From a virus: DNA of 64,000 nucleotides. The stretch lies in IMG/VR virus record IMGVR_UViG_3300009790_000004, positions 1 through 64,000 of that record. One strand, written 5' to 3'. Made by a program: the position numbers and the translations under genes. This document shows, piece by piece, positions 58,586 to 64,000 of the stretch. Numbering within the stretch: the first letter of the stretch is position 1; each line of letters opens with the position of its first letter. The notes beneath the pieces are model-generated. The model did not search any database. It was not told where the DNA came from and saw only the letters and a program-made list of their open reading frames with translations.

Positions 58586-60292
58586 ATGGCAGCAAATAAT
58601 TGGAGCAAGACAACTCAACAGTTATTAACTGGTACACCAGGCACACAGATTTCATTTGGTGAGATTCGTGCTGCTATAGGTGATACTAGCAAACCTCTGT
58701 CTGCTTCTGAATTACATAGACAGACGGATCTTGATGCACCATATGATTTTAGTCAAGGTAAATACCCATCATCAACACCAACTCCACATTTACCTTATGT
58801 TTTAGATTCTACTGAAAATGCTAATGTTCCTACTAGTGGTGCAATAACACCACAAGATGTTAGAGGGGTTATTAAAGAATATGTTATTGAACAGGATGCG
58901 ATGTCAGAGGAGGAGAATTTTAATGTTACTTCTCTTAGTAGTCCTACAACTCCTAGCGTTAATGCTAATTGGAACTCAAATTTAAATAAGAATATAACAA
59001 AGTATCTTAAGATCAAGGGTAGACTTGTTAGTAATTCAATATCAACTCCTGCTGGTACTGCTGATGCACCATCGTCTAACTTAAATGTATATGTAAAAAA
59101 TGCTCCTGCATCTTATGGTGTATATGGTGCTGGTGGTGCTATCAATCAACCAGGCGGACATGCTCTTTCTATTAGTCAACCAGCAGGTCCAGCAATTAGG
59201 AAAGTATTTGTAGAGTGTGAAGGGTCAGATGCTAGGATATATGGCGGTGGAGGAGGTGGTAAGCATGGTGTTGATGGATCGGATGGTTCGCCTGGTAGTG
59301 GAGCAACATCGGGGTCTCCTGGGTCTCCTGGCGGTGGTGGATCAAACGGTAGTCCTGGATCCAATGGATCATCAGGATCTGGTGGAGGCAATGGTTCGCC
59401 TGGATCTCCTGGATCATGGGGATCTCCTGGTATGCAGAGGAGTACATTCCAGCAAAGACAGACTGTACAGAACAGAACAACTAATCAGAGTAGACGAACT
59501 CGTCGTAAGAGATATGGTGGTTGGCCCCGTAGTCGTCGTGGAGGTAAGCAAGAGAGACTATCAACACAAGCAACAAGTAGTGGACAATCAAGAACAACAT
59601 CACAATATAAAGTAGCATGTTTCGGTGGATCTGGTGGTTCAGGTGGTAGCGGTGGATCAGGAGGATCTGGCGGTGGCGGTGGATCAGGAGGATCTGGTGG
59701 ATCAGGTGGTGGAGGAGGTTCAGGAGGATCTGGTGGTCCTGGTGGATACTCTGGAACTGGTGGAGTAAAAGGATATGCTGGTGTTGCTGCTCCTGGTCGT
59801 GGTTGGAATTATAAAACTGGTAACATAGCAGGAACATCTGGAACTCCAGGAACCCCAGGCACTCCTGGCGGTGGTGGTGGACCTGGCACACCTGGAACTC
59901 CTGGAGGTGGAGGACAACCTGGAACTCCAGGCACTCCTGGAGGTGGAGGAGGATCTGGTGGTTCTGGAACTCCTGGAACTCCTGGCGGTTCAGCGAGTTG
60001 TGGTGCAGCATCGCCTGGAACTCCTGGCACACCTGGAACTCCTGGAGGTGGTGGATCAAGTGGATCTGATGGGCAACCTGGGCAACCTGGCGGTGGTGGA
60101 TCTCCTGGAACACCTGGAACTCCAGGTAATGCAGGAACTCCTGGGCAACCTGGCGGACCTGGGCAACCTGGCGGACCTGGCGGTGACTGGGGTGAAGCAG
60201 GTGGTAACAGTGGTGGTGCTGCTGGTCGTGCAGTTAGTGGTAGTAAATATCAAGTCATACCAAACAACGGAGATATTAAGATCATCTACTAA
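58586..60292 (+). CDS. Gly-X-Y repeat (collagen/polyglycine-II) adhesin-like protein
   Basis: ISFGEIR fibre-attachment-like N-terminus; long GSP/GTP/GQP/GSG triplet runs; GGAAGRAV C-terminus reminiscent of gp38 adhesins. Confidence 0.8.
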   Translation: MAANNWSKTTQQLLTGTPGTQISFGEIRAAIGDTSKPLSASELHRQTDLDAPYDFSQGKYPSSTPTPHLPYVLDSTENANVPTSGAITPQDVRGVIKEYVIEQDAMSEEENFNVTSLSSPTTPSVNANWNSNLNKNITKYLKIKGRLVSNSISTPAGTADAPSSNLNVYVKNAPASYGVYGAGGAINQPGGHALSISQPAGPAIRKVFVECEGSDARIYGGGGGGKHGVDGSDGSPGSGATSGSPGSPGGGGSNGSPGSNGSSGSGGGNGSPGSPGSWGSPGMQRSTFQQRQTVQNRTTNQSRRTRRKRYGGWPRSRRGGKQERLSTQATSSGQSRTTSQYKVACFGGSGGSGGSGGSGGSGGGGGSGGSGGSGGGGGSGGSGGPGGYSGTGGVKGYAGVAAPGRGWNYKTGNIAGTSGTPGTPGTPGGGGGPGTPGTPGGGGQPGTPGTPGGGGGSGGSGTPGTPGGSASCGAASPGTPGTPGTPGGGGSSGSDGQPGQPGGGGSPGTPGTPGNAGTPGQPGGPGQPGGPGGDWGEAGGNSGGAAGRAVSGSKYQVIPNNGDIKIIY

Positions 60293-60300
60293 ATTTCGTT

Positions 60301-60900
60301 ATGTCAATTTATTCTTTGAGTCCTTCTCCTAATTTTCATGGAGAGACAACATATCAGACATGGGAAGATGGATTCACCTCAGATGAATGTGATCGTATCA
60401 TTAAATATGGTGAATCTCTTAATCCAAGACCTGCTACTGTTGGTAATGATAGTGATACCAATGTAGTTGATAATATTCGTACATCTAAAACTTCTTGGAT
60501 AGACTGTAATAATGACACAAAATGGTTGTATGAGCGTCTAGGTAATATACTAAGAGTAGTTAATGGTATGTTCTGGAAGTTTGATATCCGTGGATTTCAT
60601 GAACATATACAATATACTGTGTATGAAGGAGATTCTAAAGGATTTTATAGGTGGCATGTAGATAATAATATGCAGTCTGATGTACCACCAAGAAAGTTGA
60701 GTATGACTGTACAATTATCTGATCCTAGTGACTATACTGGTGGAGAATTGCAATTACATAGTGGTGAAGTACAAACAGCAGTAAATAATAGAGGACATAT
60801 TATATTATTTCCTAGCTATGTTCTACATAGGGTACAACCTGTCACTTCTGGTATACGCAGAAGTTTGGTAGTCTGGGCAAATGGTCCTGGATTCAAGTGA
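60301..60900 (+). CDS. 2OG-Fe(II) oxygenase, prolyl-4-hydroxylase/PKHD-like
   Basis: QYTVY...WHVD, RKLSMTVQLS, Y.GGEL, FPS..LHRV.PV.SG.R.SLV.W. Confidence 0.9.
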   Translation: MSIYSLSPSPNFHGETTYQTWEDGFTSDECDRIIKYGESLNPRPATVGNDSDTNVVDNIRTSKTSWIDCNNDTKWLYERLGNILRVVNGMFWKFDIRGFHEHIQYTVYEGDSKGFYRWHVDNNMQSDVPPRKLSMTVQLSDPSDYTGGELQLHSGEVQTAVNNRGHIILFPSYVLHRVQPVTSGIRRSLVVWANGPGFK

Positions 60901-60902
60901 CA

Positions 60903-60957
60903 GACAGTGAAATAAGTGTCCATTCCACCCCATTCTGAGGTCAAGATCGTGTATAAT
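60903..60957 (+). promoter_or_regulatory. Early-type promoter: GACA...TGTC inverted repeat plus TATAAT
   Basis: GACAGTGAAATAAGTGTC at 60903-20; TATAAT at 60952-57, 6 nt before ATG 60964. Confidence 0.6.
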
Positions 60958-60963
60958 AGAAGT

Positions 60964-62127
60964 ATGAAGAACACACATCTTGAGCATCTTGAAGACGACA
61001 TCCTCAACAGTGGTGCTGTTGGTGGATTTAATGTAGTTTCGGTACTTCGCTCATTTGGTAACATGTTGACAGGCACTCAGTCTGAACTAAGTGTTACAAC
61101 TAAATGGGATGGAGCACCTGCTATAGTATGTGGTACTGATCCTGTAACTGGTAGGTTCTTTGTTGGTACTAAATCTGTATTCAATAAGGTCACACCTAAA
61201 GTATGTTATGATGATGTTGATGTTGATCGTTTCTATCAAGCAGAGATACTTCGTAGGAAATTAAAGGATTGTCTTAAATATCTCTCACAATTAAACATTA
61301 AAGGTATTATTCAGGGAGACTTACTTTTCTCTTCAGGTGATAAGAAATATGCTAAGATTGGTGGACATAGAGTTATTACTTTCAATCCTAATACTATTAC
61401 ATATGCTGTTTCATGTAAATCTGCTCAAGGAATTGCAGTAGAAAAAGCACAAATTGGTATTGTATTTCATACAGTATATGAGGGAAATACTATACAATCT
61501 TGTAAGGCAGTATATAAAGCACCTCTATTTGTAGGAACTGAAGATATATTCATTCCTAACGCTAATTATAATGATGCTAAGGGTATTAGTCGCTTCAATA
61601 ATACTGAGAGAATGAAGTATGTTGCTACTATTAATCGTGCTGAAGGATCACTTAAGAGAGCATCAAAGTTTCTTGATATTATGCACCGTCAAGGACAATC
61701 TAGGTTCTTAATGCCATTATTATTCAAGCAATTCTTTAACACAACAATTCGTAATGGTAAGAGTATTCTTAACACTAGGAGAACAGTTGCACAATTTGCT
61801 AAATTCTATTCTGATAAGTTAGATGCAGAAATTAATAAGAAAACAAGTGTTAAAGGTAAAGAAAGATATGAACAAATGAAAGCAGAAGGACTCAACTTTA
61901 TTATTAAGTATGAGAATGAGATATACTTTACTTTCGCATCATATATTTCTATTCGTGATGCTAAGAGAATGGTAATTAAACAGTTAAATAAGGTTGGTCA
62001 AATCAGAACATATATAGGTTGCACACCAACAACTCCTGAAGGATATGTTGTTTCAACTAACAACTATGCAATGAAGTTTGTTGATGATGAATTTAGAAAA
62101 GCGAACATTCTCTTTGGCATACAATGA
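60964..62127 (+). CDS. DUF6267-like protein with ligase-type nucleotidyltransferase motifs
   Basis: MKNTHLEHLED start; TTKWDGAP, IQGDLLF, PEGYVV and AMKFV. Confidence 0.75.
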   Translation: MKNTHLEHLEDDILNSGAVGGFNVVSVLRSFGNMLTGTQSELSVTTKWDGAPAIVCGTDPVTGRFFVGTKSVFNKVTPKVCYDDVDVDRFYQAEILRRKLKDCLKYLSQLNIKGIIQGDLLFSSGDKKYAKIGGHRVITFNPNTITYAVSCKSAQGIAVEKAQIGIVFHTVYEGNTIQSCKAVYKAPLFVGTEDIFIPNANYNDAKGISRFNNTERMKYVATINRAEGSLKRASKFLDIMHRQGQSRFLMPLLFKQFFNTTIRNGKSILNTRRTVAQFAKFYSDKLDAEINKKTSVKGKERYEQMKAEGLNFIIKYENEIYFTFASYISIRDAKRMVIKQLNKVGQIRTYIGCTPTTPEGYVVSTNNYAMKFVDDEFRKANILFGIQ

Positions 62128-63431
62128 AAAAGATTGCTGTAATTGGTGCTGGTGTTATTGGTATTAATTCTGTCTTACAATTGATAGAAGAAAGAACTAA
62201 ATCAGATGCAGAGAATGAATGTAAAATAGTATGGATATATGATACTTCAATAGATATATTTGGTATCGGAGAATCAACAACTCCATCATTATCAGGACAA
62301 ATTGCAAGTCCACCTTCATACTTAAGATATGATTCTAAAGATTACTTTGATGCTACGATTAAGTTTGGAAATAGATTTATAGGATGGGGTAAAAATGGTG
62401 GAGATTTTACTAGATATTTTCCAATGTCTCGTGCTGCTATACATTTTGATACGAGATTGTTCAGTAGTTTCTTCATTGAGCATTTAAATAGTGAGACTTG
62501 TTATAACTTTGAAGCAAGAGATACTAAGATAAAATCAATAATATTTGATGAAGATCCTATTGGTGGACATTGTTTTGGTGTTCATATTGATGGAGAATCT
62601 TATGATTTTGTATTAGATTGTAGTGGTGGTAAATCATTAGTTAATGATGATTATTATTTTGATTCACCATTTGATACATGTAATACTGTCCTTGCTACTA
62701 GACTACCAGAACCAGCAGATTGGGGTTATACATTAACACAAACCACTCGAAATGGTTGGATGTTTGGTATTCCATTACAGTCAAGAAGAACCTACGGTTA
62801 TGCTTACAATTCAAGTGTTACTTCAGAAGAAGAAGCACAACAAGAGTTTAGAAGTTTAGTTCCACAAGAAGGATATCAGTATAAGAAATTAACATGGAAA
62901 CCACGATTCTCTAACTATGTTTTACACCATAGTGGTAGATATGCTCGTAATGGTAATGCACTAGGATTTCTTGATCCATTAGAAGCATTAGCGGGAATGT
63001 ATTATGATAAGGTAACAGATAAGACTGCAAAATATGCTCTTGGCGATACATACAATAGTATAGATCTCATCAATAGTATTAACAATTGGTATTATCAGGA
63101 GATTGTTGGTGATTGGTTATTAAATTCTGCATGGATGTATCATTTTGGATCTGAACATGACACACCATTTTGGCAACAAGTCTCAAAAAATGCTAAAGAT
63201 ATATTAAACAATAAGGAGATAAATCCTTGTCGATTAATAAGTGATGAACAGACATTTACAGATGATTTGTTTAATATTATTGGTGACAATCCTGAAATGA
63301 AAAAGTTATTTGTACATGATCTTCTTGATGTTGAGTTTACTTTCGATTTCTGTCGAGATTATTATAATTTTATATCATTTACTACTGGTATGGGTGCTGA
63401 GTATGCTAACAAATTTCCAACATTTACCTAA
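62124..63431 (+). CDS. Flavin-dependent (tryptophan-halogenase-like) enzyme
   Basis: GAGVIG, GIGESTTP, ATIKFG, HFD, DCSG, GWMFGIP and FLDPLEA. Confidence 0.85.
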   Translation: MKKIAVIGAGVIGINSVLQLIEERTKSDAENECKIVWIYDTSIDIFGIGESTTPSLSGQIASPPSYLRYDSKDYFDATIKFGNRFIGWGKNGGDFTRYFPMSRAAIHFDTRLFSSFFIEHLNSETCYNFEARDTKIKSIIFDEDPIGGHCFGVHIDGESYDFVLDCSGGKSLVNDDYYFDSPFDTCNTVLATRLPEPADWGYTLTQTTRNGWMFGIPLQSRRTYGYAYNSSVTSEEEAQQEFRSLVPQEGYQYKKLTWKPRFSNYVLHHSGRYARNGNALGFLDPLEALAGMYYDKVTDKTAKYALGDTYNSIDLINSINNWYYQEIVGDWLLNSAWMYHFGSEHDTPFWQQVSKNAKDILNNKEINPCRLISDEQTFTDDLFNIIGDNPEMKKLFVHDLLDVEFTFDFCRDYYNFISFTTGMGAEYANKFPTFT

Positions 63432-63454
63432 ATATTCTTACTTAAATTATAACT

Positions 63455-64000
63455 ATGACTAGAAAGATTGCTATTATTGGTGGTGGTGCTGATGCAATAT
63501 CAGCAGTAATAAATTGTGTATCTAATAGAGATACAATTGATAGTGTATATCAAGATGATGAAATAGTTTGGATCAGAGATTGTAGTCATGTTATTGATAA
63601 CAATTGCATACAAGTTGAGTCTGAATGGACAGAAATAGTAGGAGAAAATACAACATTAAATACTATTCATTTCTCACAATTACTAGATGGTAAACAGAAA
63701 TGGGGTAAGAAGTTTATTGGATTTGGTAATAATACTCCTCACAATTTCATGGTAATGTATGAACCAACACATGTAGGTTGGCATTTAGATGAGAAGAAAC
63801 TTGTTGAATTGTTCTGGAATAATTATACTAACACTGCAAGAAATGTTAGACTAATTGATGCTAATGTACCTAATATTGATGTCACTGATGATTATGTTAA
63901 AGTCCTTGATGAACAATATGATTTTGTAATTGACTGCACTAGAGGTTCAATTTGGGATCATAATTCTTATAGTCAAGCATTATATAATCCAACAAATGCA
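63455..64000 (+). CDS. Second, divergent halogenase-like paralog, truncated by window end
   Basis: Hand-translated MTRKIAIIGGGADA...DGKQKWGKKFIGFG...HLD...YDFVIDCTRG; open to base 64000. Confidence 0.75.
   Translation, partial: MTRKIAIIGGGADAISAVINCVSNRDTIDSVYQDDEIVWIRDCSHVIDNNCIQVESEWTEIVGENTTLNTIHFSQLLDGKQKWGKKFIGFGNNTPHNFMVMYEPTHVGWHLDEKKLVELFWNNYTNTARNVRLIDANVPNIDVTDDYVKVLDEQYDFVIDCTRGSIWDHNSYSQALYNPTNA

Noticed and set aside
59620-60190. Short DNA repeats resembling a CRISPR or satellite array
   Set aside because: These are 9-nt coding repeats with synonymous variation and no repeat-spacer structure.
59176-60332. Several overlapping alternative-frame and antisense ORFs (Pro-, His/Gln- or Leu-rich)
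   Set aside because: Stop-poor frames are produced by GGN/CCT/ACT repeat codons of the Gly-X-Y protein.

Overview
AT-rich segment of a large T4-like marine cyanomyovirus genome (Kyanoviridae-type, resembling Prochlorococcus phage P-SSM2; this assignment is inferred from gene content, not from a database search). In order, it carries: the 3' part of psbA; purM/purN/purC; tail-fibre and virion genes; an ADP-heptose biosynthesis/glycosyltransferase/carbamoyltransferase cluster; a subtilisin-fused virion protein; a tandem glutamine-II (Downstream-peptide) riboswitch upstream of a DUF4278-type gene; thyX-phoH-exonuclease-gp33-gp32; the baseplate module (gp53, 48, 2, 4, 54/19-like, 26, 51, 27-like, 5) with ho1 and cp12 inserted; a manA RNA upstream of talC; a cluster of signal-peptide genes; long fibre genes; a Gly-X-Y adhesin next to a prolyl-hydroxylase-like gene; and tandem flavin-halogenase-like genes. 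Three observations stand out. (1) A complete 52-codon ORF is nested inside the P2 stem-loop of the second glutamine-riboswitch aptamer, with its stop codon in the aptamer core. (2) There is a candidate virion glycosylation system: a heptose pathway, a GT9-like enzyme and a carbamoyltransferase lie among fibre genes whose products are dense in a G-[IVLF]-x-[ST] motif. (3) A Gly-Thr-Pro repeat adhesin is directly followed by a prolyl-4-hydroxylase-like gene. All family calls come from motif recognition by eye.
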